From: Ruminococcus sp. | GTDB taxonomy: Bacteria > Bacillota > Clostridia > Oscillospirales > Ruminococcaceae | Assembly: GCA_023665505.1 (NCBI GenBank) | Contig: JAMPDU010000086.1 | Coordinates: 1 to 12,590, forward strand | Reading direction: 5' to 3' | Length of the DNA: 12,590 nt | Shown: positions 4,733 through 11,514 of the stretch, piece by piece | Numbering within the stretch: the first letter of the stretch is position 1 | How the letters are laid out: every line of letters begins with the position of its first letter | Notes under the pieces: generated by a model | Seen by the model: only the letters and a program-made list of their open reading frames with translations | The model's database searches: none | Told to the model about the DNA's origin: nothing | Program-made: the position numbers and the translations under genes

Positions 4733-4807
4733 ATGAAAAAAATACCATTAATAACAGCATTAGCGCTTTGTCTCGCCCTTACTGGCTGTACAGAGTATGG
4801 GACTTGA
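4733..4807 (+). CDS. 24-aa ORF consisting of a lipoprotein signal peptide plus five residues (MKKIPLITALALCLALTGCTEYGT)
   Basis: AGGAG (4719-4723) lies 9 nt before the ATG at 4733, and the stop is TGA at 4805-4807. The ORF has a basic N-terminus, a hydrophobic core and the lipobox L-T-G-C at residues 16-19. It is below the ORF track cutoff. Confidence 0.5.
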   Translation: MKKIPLITALALCLALTGCTEYGT

Positions 4808-4844
4808 ACCCTGCAAAAAATGCGCAGGAGGATAAGTCTGTAAA

Positions 4845-4880
4845 ATAAAAAATCCCGCCTATGCACCACCATAGACGGGA
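4845..4880 (-). terminator. Minus-strand-specific intrinsic terminator between the mini-ORF and the integrase
   Basis: The reverse complement reads TCCCGTCTATG-gtggtg-CATAGGCGGGA (one mismatch) followed by TTTTTTATTTT. On the plus strand the stem is followed by taaatataaa, with no U-tract. Confidence 0.55.
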
Positions 4881-4962
4881 TAAATATAAACTGAGGAATA
4901 AATCCACAGCTCACAAGCTATATTTATTTGTTCCTCACAACCAAATTTAAGGAGGAATTTTT

Positions 4963-5730
4963 TTGAAACGCACAAACACTGCAAAATGGGTCGAATCCCG
5001 CGGACGTTGGCAAATCAACGTCCAAAAGGACGGTATCCGCAAAACCTTTACATCGTCCAAGCCGGGGCGGACGGGGCAAGCCGAGGCAAACCGCAAAGCC
5101 GACCAATGGCTTGACGACGGAATTGCAAACACAAAAATCAAAGTCAAACAAGCCTCGGAACAGTACATCGAAAGCCTTAAACTGTCAACTTCAAAAAGCC
5201 ATTGGCTGCAATATGACAGCATCTTTCGCAACCACATTAACCCATATATTGGCAATGTCCGTATTGAAAACATTACGGAACAGCATTTGCAAGACGTTAT
5301 AAACCGAGCCTATGGAAAAGGACTTTCCAAAAAGTTCCTTACGAACATTCGCACTTGCCTTATATCATTTATAAAATTCTGCCGTAAAAACAAACTTACC
5401 CTACTGTTTCCCGAGGACTTAACCATACCCCGCGAGGCTAAGGTCTGTGAAAAGCACATCTTGCAGCCCTCAGACTTAAAAACGCTTTTTGCGGACGATA
5501 TGACCCTTTGGAACGGCAAACCTCAAAAAGATATGCTGATTTACGCGTATCGCTTTCATGTTCTCACAGGATTGCGCCCGGGAGAACTTATAGGGCTTAA
5601 ATGGTCTGACATAAAGAACGGAAATGTGTACCTCCGCCGCGCAATTAACGCTTTGGGAGAAACCACCACCGGCAAAAACCAAAATGCGCAGCGAAATTTT
5701 GCCTTGAACATATTCACATCTGTGTACTAA
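4963..5730 (+). CDS. int: Tyrosine recombinase / phage integrase, C-terminally truncated (255 aa, probably inactive)
   Basis: AAGGAGG lies 7 nt before the TTG start at 4963. The protein has an arm-binding-type N-terminus and a core-binding region, followed by box I TGLRPGELIGLKWSDI. It ends at ...AQRNFALNIFTSVY* without the H-x-x-R and catalytic Tyr regions. No continuation is visible in other frames. Confidence 0.8.
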   Translation: MKRTNTAKWVESRGRWQINVQKDGIRKTFTSSKPGRTGQAEANRKADQWLDDGIANTKIKVKQASEQYIESLKLSTSKSHWLQYDSIFRNHINPYIGNVRIENITEQHLQDVINRAYGKGLSKKFLTNIRTCLISFIKFCRKNKLTLLFPEDLTIPREAKVCEKHILQPSDLKTLFADDMTLWNGKPQKDMLIYAYRFHVLTGLRPGELIGLKWSDIKNGNVYLRRAINALGETTTGKNQNAQRNFALNIFTSVY

Positions 5731-5842
5731 AGTGTGTACTTTTCAAATTTTAATTTAGTTTCAATCCCCCGCAAATCAAGTATTTACATGGGATTTTATC
5801 ACTTAAATGCAATCCATACAAAAAGATTTTTTGAAAAAAGAC

Positions 5843-5874
5843 AAAGAAAAAAGCTCCCGTATTTCTACAGGAGC
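5843..5874 (-). terminator. Terminator of the tRNA operon
   Basis: The reverse complement reads GCTCCTG-tagaaata-CGGGAGC followed by TTTTTTCTTTGTCTTTTTT. It begins about 25 nt after the tRNA-His 3' end. Confidence 0.6.
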
Positions 5875-5899
5875 CTTTCCGGCTGCACGGACACCGTGC

Positions 5900-5977
5900 T
5901 GGGGTGGGAGATGGGAATCGAACCCACGACCTTCGGGACCACAATCCGACGCTCTAACCAACTGAGCTACGCCCACC
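5900..5977 (-). tRNA. tRNA-His (anticodon GTG), with encoded G-1, C73 and CCA
   Basis: The reverse complement folds as G-GTGGGCG-TA-GCTC-AGTTGGTTA-GAGC-G-TCGGA-TTGTGGT-CCCGA-AGGTC-GTGGG-TTCGATT-CCCAT-CTCCCAC-C-CCA. Two stem mismatches are present (A31-C39 and C6-T67). Confidence 0.85.
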
Positions 5978-5980
5978 GTA

Positions 5981-6057
5981 TGGCGCGCCTTACTGGACTC
6001 GAACCAGTGGCTTACTGCTTAGAAGGCAGTTACTCTATCCAGCTGAGTTAAAGGCGC
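5981..6057 (-). tRNA. tRNA-Arg (anticodon TCT), CCA encoded
   Basis: The reverse complement folds as GCGCCTT-TA-ACTC-AGCTGGATA-GAGT-A-ACTGC-CTTCTAA-GCAGT-AAGCC-ACTGG-TTCGAGT-CCAGT-AAGGCGC-G-CCA. All stems are perfect. Confidence 0.9.
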
Positions 6058-6063
6058 ACAAGG

Positions 6064-6135
6064 CAATTGACAGTTGATAGTGTACAATTGATAGTTAAGA
6101 CCATAACTGTCAACTATACACTATCAACTGTACAC
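6064..6135. repeat. Palindromic octamer-repeat element in the tRNA-Gly/tRNA-Arg spacer
   Basis: CAGTTGATAGTGTACAATTGATAGTTA (6071-6097) pairs with TAACTGTCAACTATACACTATCAACTG (6104-6130): 27 positions with 4 non-Watson-Crick pairs and loop agacca. The arms are built from TTGA(C/T)AGT / ACT(A/G)TCAA octamers. Confidence 0.8.
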
Positions 6136-6141
6136 TGAACT

Positions 6142-6215
6142 TGGAGCGGGTGATGGGAATCGAACCCACGCGACCAGCTTGGAAGGCTGGGGTTCTACCA
6201 TTGAACTACACCCGC
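6142..6215 (-). tRNA. tRNA-Gly (anticodon TCC), CCA encoded
   Basis: The reverse complement folds as GCGGGTG-TA-GTTC-AATGGTA-GAAC-C-CCAGC-CTTCCAA-GCTGG-TCGC-GTGGG-TTCGATT-CCCAT-CACCCGC-T-CCA. Confidence 0.9.
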
Positions 6216-6236
6216 ATACTTTCAACAACAGAAATT

Positions 6237-6265
6237 ATTATACCACACTTTTGAAAGTTTGTCAA
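6237..6265 (-). promoter_or_regulatory. tRNA operon promoter: TTGACA-17-TATAAT with TGn
   Basis: The reverse complement reads TTGACA aactttcaaaagtgtgg TATAAT. It lies about 20 nt upstream of the tRNA-Gly 5' end. Confidence 0.75.
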
Positions 6266-6284
6266 GTGTTTTTTCAAAATTTTT

Positions 6285-6322
6285 GCAAAAAAATTTCTAC
6301 GGAAACCCGTTATAAGTTTCCG
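6285..6322 (-). terminator. Terminator of the clpC-like gene / upstream operon
   Basis: The reverse complement reads CGGAAAC-ttataacgg-GTTTCCG followed by tagaaaTTTTTTT. It begins 10 nt after the stop at 6332. Confidence 0.65.
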
Positions 6323-6331
6323 CAGATGTTT

Positions 6332-8650
6332 TTAGAGTGTTTCTACCTCAATTCCGCCGTCTTTCTCCCCTATTTTTATGACCGCAACAGGGGTTTCCGC
6401 GCTGTTTATGATGATTTCCGCAATTTTATCCTCAATATCCGTGCGGATAACCTTGCGTATATCCCTCGCGCCGAACTTCTTTCCGTGAGACTTTTCCGCA
6501 ATGGCTGTCAAAGCCTTTTCGCTGTACTCTAAGTTAATTCCCTTTTCAGCAAGAGGTTCTTTCATTTCGTCCAGCATAAGGGCGGCTATTTGTCCGTAAT
6601 TTTCCTTTGTAAGCGGGTTGAACACCACCACTTCGTCAATACGGCTCAGAAATTCGGGTCTCAAAAAGTCCTGCAAGGCTTTCATTGCCTTTTCTTTGGA
6701 GATGTCCTTTTCCGTCTTGTTGAAACCAACGCCCGTCCCCTTGTCGGTTGAACCCGCATTTGAGGTCATGGCGATAATCGTGTTCTCAAAATTTACCGAA
6801 CGCCCCTGTGCGTCGTTAACTTTGCCCTCGTCAAGAATTTGCAGCAAAATGTTCATAACGTCCGGGTGCGCCTTTTCTATCTCGTCGAACAGCACCACGC
6901 TATAGGGCTTTCTGCGGACTTTCTCCGTAAGCTGCCCCGCCTCGTCGTAGCCAACGTATCCCGGAGGCGAACCGATAAGCCGCGACACGCTGTGTTTCTC
7001 CATATACTCCGTCATGTCGAGACGGATAAGCGGCTCGTTGCCGTCGAAAAGTTCCGCCGCGAGAACCTTTACAAGCTCGGTTTTTCCCACACCCGTAGGC
7101 CCCACAAAGATAAAGGACGCGGGTCTGCGCCGTTTTGAAAGCTGTACCCTCGCGCGCTTTATAGCCTTGCTCACAAGCTCCACCGCCTCGTCCTGACCGA
7201 TAATACGGTCTTTCAAAGCCGTTTCAAGATTGGCAATTTTTGTATATTCGCTTTCGTTGACCTTGCCCGCGGGTATGCCAGTCCAAAGCTCGATAACCTT
7301 TGCAAGGTCGTTTTCGGTGACGTAAACGTTTTTCGCCTTTTCCTCAAGCTCGGATTTTTCCTTTTCAAGCCGCAGCACGTCGGCTTTCGCCTCGGCGATT
7401 TTCTCAAAATCCGGCTCGGCGGATTCCTCCATTTCGGTAATTTTTATCTCGGCGTTTACAAGTTTTTCGCAGATTTCGTCGTACTCCCCTATCGCCGTAC
7501 TTCTTATGCTTGTGCAGGCGCACGCCTCGTCCAAAAGGTCTATAGCCTTGTCCGGGAGAAACCTGTCGTTGATATAACGCTCCGAAAGCACCGCGCACCG
7601 CTTAAGCAGTTCGTCGGTAATTTTAACCCGGTGGTGCTCCTCGTAATATTTTCTTATGCCCAGCAGCACAGATTCCGTCTCGGAAATTGTCGGCTCGGTA
7701 ATGGTAATCGGCTGGAAACGCCTTTCCAGCGCGCTGTCCTTTTCGATGTACTTGCGGTACTCCTTAAAGGTGGTCGCGCCGATGACCTGTACCTCGCCCC
7801 TTGAAAGAGCGGGCTTAAGGATATTCGCCGCGTTCATTGAACCCTCGCTGTCCCCCGCGCCCACAAGGTTGTGCACCTCGTCGATAAAGAGAATAACGTC
7901 ACCGGCGGCTTTTACCTCGTCGATAAGACCCTTTACGCGGCTTTCAAACTGCCCTCTGAACTGTGTTCCCGCCACAAGCGCGGTAAGGTCAAGCAGGTAC
8001 AGCCGCTTGTTTTTCAGGTTGAAAGGAACGTCCCCCGCGACTATTTTCTGCGCGATGCCCTCGGCAATGGCAGTTTTTCCCACACCCGGCTCGCCTATGA
8101 GACAGGGGTTGTTTTTCTGTCTGCGGGAAAGTATCTGTATCGTCCGTGCGATTTCCTTGTCCCTGCCGATAATGTTGTCAAGTTTGCCCTCCTCGGCGCG
8201 CTCGGTAAGGTTGGTGCAGTAATTGTCCAGAAACTTGCTCTTTTTCTTTTTGCCCGCAGGCTTTTCTTTAGCCCGTGTGCGCTCATCATGAACATGCTCG
8301 CCCTCATGGGGAATTTCGTCCCGCGGGGAGCTGTCCTCTTTTTTGCCCAAAAGGTCGTTGAGGTTCTTGATAGACCCGCCGAAAAGGTTCTGTATGAACC
8401 CGGGCAGTGCGCCCGTACCGCCGTGCTGAAAGGAATCGCCGTCCAACGCCTCGGAAATATCCGTCATCTGGTCGGCAAACTCCTCAACCTCGTCGTCGTC
8501 GATGCCCATTTGATCCATATACTCCCGCACCTGGGGAATGCCCAATTCCTTTGCGCACACAAGGCACAAGCCCTCGTTGCGCTTTTCATTTCCCTGAATG
8601 GCGGTTATAAAAACCACCGCAGTTCTTTTTTTGCATCTTGTACACATCAT
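6332..8650 (-). CDS. clpC: ClpC/ClpA-family double-AAA+ unfoldase with a short Cys4 N-terminal module instead of Clp_N repeats
   Basis: Walker A/B 1 are GEPGVGKT / ILFIDEVH. Walker A/B 2 are GPTGVGKT / VVLFDEIEKAH. There is a short coiled-coil middle region and a GVGF loop (ClpP-docking type). The start is taken at MMCTRC (ATG 8648-8650, GGAGG upstream). The track start at 8668 is the alternative. Confidence 0.9.
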   Translation of the reverse strand: MMCTRCKKRTAVVFITAIQGNEKRNEGLCLVCAKELGIPQVREYMDQMGIDDDEVEEFADQMTDISEALDGDSFQHGGTGALPGFIQNLFGGSIKNLNDLLGKKEDSSPRDEIPHEGEHVHDERTRAKEKPAGKKKKSKFLDNYCTNLTERAEEGKLDNIIGRDKEIARTIQILSRRQKNNPCLIGEPGVGKTAIAEGIAQKIVAGDVPFNLKNKRLYLLDLTALVAGTQFRGQFESRVKGLIDEVKAAGDVILFIDEVHNLVGAGDSEGSMNAANILKPALSRGEVQVIGATTFKEYRKYIEKDSALERRFQPITITEPTISETESVLLGIRKYYEEHHRVKITDELLKRCAVLSERYINDRFLPDKAIDLLDEACACTSIRSTAIGEYDEICEKLVNAEIKITEMEESAEPDFEKIAEAKADVLRLEKEKSELEEKAKNVYVTENDLAKVIELWTGIPAGKVNESEYTKIANLETALKDRIIGQDEAVELVSKAIKRARVQLSKRRRPASFIFVGPTGVGKTELVKVLAAELFDGNEPLIRLDMTEYMEKHSVSRLIGSPPGYVGYDEAGQLTEKVRRKPYSVVLFDEIEKAHPDVMNILLQILDEGKVNDAQGRSVNFENTIIAMTSNAGSTDKGTGVGFNKTEKDISKEKAMKALQDFLRPEFLSRIDEVVVFNPLTKENYGQIAALMLDEMKEPLAEKGINLEYSEKALTAIAEKSHGKKFGARDIRKVIRTDIEDKIAEIIINSAETPVAVIKIGEKDGGIEVETL

Positions 8651-8673
8651 ATCGCCGCTGTCCTCCATATCTT

Positions 8674-9549
8674 CTATTTCAAAATAATCGACATCAAATA
8701 AAATGTGCCGTTATACAGCCATTTGAAAACAACCGTCTCCGAAATTACATCTGGGTTGACGTATTCGTTCGCCCCGCCCGTAAGCTTTATAAAAACGCTG
8801 ACGGCAAAGCAGATTACCGCAGCCGCAAGCAGGCTTTGGAGAAACCCCATAAGTCCGCCAAGCAGACTGTCCGCCGAACGCACCGACGGGATTTTCCGTA
8901 TAAGCCCCGCAGCCCTTGAAATCACCGCGAAGATTATAACAGTTACCCCGAATGTAACCGCGAAAAGCGCGGTGTTAACGGTTTTCATCATAAGCGGGCG
9001 GACTATTTCCCTTTCGACTATTTCGGTAACGGACTGCCTTTCCTCGGTGAGCAGCTCCAGCTTTCTTTGGTTCTCCATATCCGTCTCGTTAAGGTAGTCC
9101 TCCGCGCCGCTTACCACTTCCTCGGGCAGAACCCCCGAAAACGCGTCCGTAAGCATACGGCAGTAATTTATAAATACACTATTAAGTGTATCACGAAATT
9201 TCTCATTAGTCAAGACTTTTTCGTAAACCTCTCCCCCCGCCGCAAGAATATCAAGCTGTTCACCGTCAAGCTCTATGCCGTTTTCCGAAAGTATCTCCCC
9301 AAGGTTTTCGGGAGCGAGATAGGTCTCGGAAAGCTCCTCGGCTTTAGTTTCCATAGCCGACATGACAAACGGCTTTACAAAGCTGCCGTAAACGTATTCG
9401 TCCGCCGCGTTGCTTACAAAAACAGCCGCCGCAAACGCCGCAATATACCCGATAAGGGAGATAAGCATTCTCACCGCCCCTCTTCGGGAGCCGGCTATAA
9501 CAAAAATAATCACAACCGCCGCCGCGGCAATATCCAAAGCGTAATTCAT
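8674..9549 (-). CDS. cvpA: CvpA-family integral membrane protein (long form)
   Basis: The N-terminus DIAAAAVVIIFVIAGSRRGAVRMLISLIGYIAAFAAAVFVS matches the CvpA pattern. Further TM segments occur near the C-terminus. Confidence 0.6.
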   Translation of the reverse strand: MNYALDIAAAAVVIIFVIAGSRRGAVRMLISLIGYIAAFAAAVFVSNAADEYVYGSFVKPFVMSAMETKAEELSETYLAPENLGEILSENGIELDGEQLDILAAGGEVYEKVLTNEKFRDTLNSVFINYCRMLTDAFSGVLPEEVVSGAEDYLNETDMENQRKLELLTEERQSVTEIVEREIVRPLMMKTVNTALFAVTFGVTVIIFAVISRAAGLIRKIPSVRSADSLLGGLMGFLQSLLAAAVICFAVSVFIKLTGGANEYVNPDVISETVVFKWLYNGTFYLMSIILK

Positions 9550-9563
9550 TTTTCAGACCCTTT

Positions 9564-10754
9564 TTAATTGTAGTCAATTCTGTTTATCTCGTCGTAACCG
9601 AGCAGGTAGATATAATTCCCCACCCGGCGGAAATCGTTGTAATCCGTTTCCAGCTTAACCGAGGAAAGCGGCTCTCCGCTCGCGGCACAGGATTCTATTC
9701 CGTCCCTGCTCTGCATATAAACAGTATTCCCGCTTACCTGAACGTTAAGTACCTCATATCCGAGATTTTTTTCGCTTACCGTCCCCGTAAGGCAGTCTAT
9801 CGTCACAAGCTCGGAACTTCTCCGCTCGTCGTTTCTGAAAAGCAGCGCCGCGATTTCTCCCTCGGAGGAATAGTCCACCAATTGCCGCTTGTACTCATAG
9901 CTGTCGGTAAAATTGCCGTTTTCGTCATAATATGCGCACATTGTATCCCCGAACATGATTATGCTGTTTTCCCCGAAAAGTCTTACCGAAACGGCAAGAG
10001 TCCGCAAATCCTCCGTCTGCCACACGGGAACGGGGTTGCCCTTATCGTCGTAGTCAACCTTGTCGAAACGGTAATAAAGTATGCGGGACGCGATAAACCC
10101 GCCGCTTGTGCCGATCGTCGTAATATAGCAGCCGCTGCTGTCGGAATTGAACGTCACGTCGATAATTCTCGAAACGGAACGGTAGTTGAAAATATTCTTT
10201 CCCGCCGAATCGTACACCATTAGCGCGGAGGGGTACTTCTCGCTTTTGGTGACCACCGCCGCTATATCGTTGTTTCCCAGCCTCGCAAGGAGAATGGGTT
10301 CGTCGGTGGACTTGCTGTAAACGTTCTTGTACTTGCTGTAAAGCCCGAAACTTTTACCCCCCAAGTCGTACAGCAGAGCCTTTTTGTTAAACGCCGTCAT
10401 AATGGGGCGTGAAAAGGTATGCTGGGCGGAATATATCAAACTTCCGTCCCCGTTGTAGACAAAGAAGTGAGAATCGTCCACAATCGCTATGCTGTTGTCA
10501 AGGGGCGTCAGATTATAGCTTGCGCCACCCTCTATGGATATGGGAAAATCTCCCTTTGCAAGCTCCGCCGAGTTTTCCTTTGCGGGAATTTTTGTCAGTA
10601 TCCCCTCAAGTTTAGGGTACCACAAATCCTTTGTAAAAACCGCCGCCGCGGCAGCACCCGCGATAACCGCGATAATGATAAGCTTTTTGAGAAAGCTCAG
10701 CGCTTTTTTCTTTTTTCTGTTTTTACGCAGCATTGAAACGTCCGTAACCGCCAC
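9564..10754 (-). CDS. Membrane-anchored hypothetical protein with a repeat-rich, probably beta-propeller-like ectodomain (possibly DUF5711-like)
   Basis: The GTG start has TAAGGAGGG 6 nt upstream. The protein has an N-terminal KKKK stretch plus a TM segment (LIIIAVIAGAAAAAVF), followed by about 340 aa rich in Y/S/G/D beta-type repeats. The family name is from memory only. Confidence 0.5.
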   Translation of the reverse strand: MAVTDVSMLRKNRKKKKALSFLKKLIIIAVIAGAAAAAVFTKDLWYPKLEGILTKIPAKENSAELAKGDFPISIEGGASYNLTPLDNSIAIVDDSHFFVYNGDGSLIYSAQHTFSRPIMTAFNKKALLYDLGGKSFGLYSKYKNVYSKSTDEPILLARLGNNDIAAVVTKSEKYPSALMVYDSAGKNIFNYRSVSRIIDVTFNSDSSGCYITTIGTSGGFIASRILYYRFDKVDYDDKGNPVPVWQTEDLRTLAVSVRLFGENSIIMFGDTMCAYYDENGNFTDSYEYKRQLVDYSSEGEIAALLFRNDERRSSELVTIDCLTGTVSEKNLGYEVLNVQVSGNTVYMQSRDGIESCAASGEPLSSVKLETDYNDFRRVGNYIYLLGYDEINRIDYN

Positions 10755-10774
10755 GCCAAGCCCTCCTTAATATT

Positions 10775-11509
10775 TTAATAGAACACTTTATTCAAGTAAA
10801 GTCCCTGCGCCCCTATTGTTTTCCCCGCAAGGTTTCTGTCCTTAGCCTCAAGTATTTTCGGCACGCAGTCCGGCGGGAGCTTTCCCTCGTTAATGAAAAT
10901 AAGCGTCCCCACCATTACCCTAACCATATTATACAGAAAACCGTCGCCTTTTACAATAAGTTTCACCAAATTTTCACATTTTTGTACCTTAAAATATTCT
11001 ATAGTCCTTACAGTATTTTCCTTTAAATTAGCCGTACCGCAAAAGGACTTAAAATCGTGAGTACCCGCAAAGTCCCCCGCCGCCCTCTCGATAAGCGGCA
11101 AATCAAGGGGGAACGGATAGTGCAGCGCCCTGTCCGCCAAAAAGGGGTCTTTGCTCTGCCTGTTGAGAATGAGGTACACATACTCCTTTGCAACGCAGGA
11201 ATACCGTGCGTGAAAATCCGCCGGGACTTCCTCGCAGCTGAGAATTGAAATATCGTCCGGGAGAATGGAGTTCATTCCCCGTATGATATTATTGCAGGGA
11301 ATACCGTGCTCCGTCTCAAAAGAGAAACAGTATTCATTTGCGTGAACACCCGTGTCCGTCCGGGAACAGCCGTTTATCTTCACCTCGCCGTTTGTCAGCA
11401 GGGAAAGTTTTTCCTCGAGAACGTTCTGTACCCCCAAGGCGTTTTCCTGCCGCTGAAAGCCGTGATAAGCAGTACCGCAGTACGCCGTAATTACCTTTAA
11501 ATTCCTCAT
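10775..11509 (-). CDS. truA: tRNA pseudouridine(38-40) synthase TruA (244 aa from MRNLKV)
   Basis: The N-terminus is YCGTAYHGFQRQ...GCSRTDTGVHA (catalytic Asp motif). The position after ecfT is typical of Firmicutes. The 47-codon N-terminal extension in the track overlaps ecfT and is rejected. Confidence 0.9.
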   Translation of the reverse strand: MRNLKVITAYCGTAYHGFQRQENALGVQNVLEEKLSLLTNGEVKINGCSRTDTGVHANEYCFSFETEHGIPCNNIIRGMNSILPDDISILSCEEVPADFHARYSCVAKEYVYLILNRQSKDPFLADRALHYPFPLDLPLIERAAGDFAGTHDFKSFCGTANLKENTVRTIEYFKVQKCENLVKLIVKGDGFLYNMVRVMVGTLIFINEGKLPPDCVPKILEAKDRNLAGKTIGAQGLYLNKVFY

Positions 11510-11514
11510 AAGCC

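Larger units (their letters stand above)
1..5730. mobile_element. Phage-derived island (degraded prophage or satellite-like element) next to a tRNA cluster; left boundary lies outside the window
   Basis: The region holds an integrase, a divergent/convergent XRE repressor switch, a DUF739-like gene, an SNF2 helicase and a methylase in phage early-region order. The 1.7-4.9 kb stretch is much more AT-rich than the host genes to the right. Both the integrase and the methylase are truncated. Confidence 0.6.

Noticed and set aside
4733-4807. Arbitrium-like (AimP) or Rgg/SHP-type communication peptide
   Set aside because: No AimR/Rap/Rgg-type TPR receptor gene is present in the island part visible here. 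The peptide has a lipobox, not an AimP-type architecture. The idea is kept only as a loose analogy in the finding.
5762-5800. AATCCC ... GGGATTTT hairpin as a plus-strand terminator for the truncated integrase
   Set aside because: The stem has only 6 bp with a loop of about 21 nt, which is too weak to call.
5734-6051. 105-aa plus-strand ORF and 64-aa minus-strand ORF next to the integrase
   Set aside because: They are translations of the tRNA-His/tRNA-Arg genes, their terminator and spacer DNA.
7871-8701. 276-aa plus-strand ORF and the other plus-strand ORFs inside the clpC-like, cvpA, truA, ecfT and helicase genes
   Set aside because: They lie antisense to genes with unambiguous conserved motifs. 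Their composition is low-complexity and Arg/Pro/Leu-rich, typical of antisense frames, and they have no SD.
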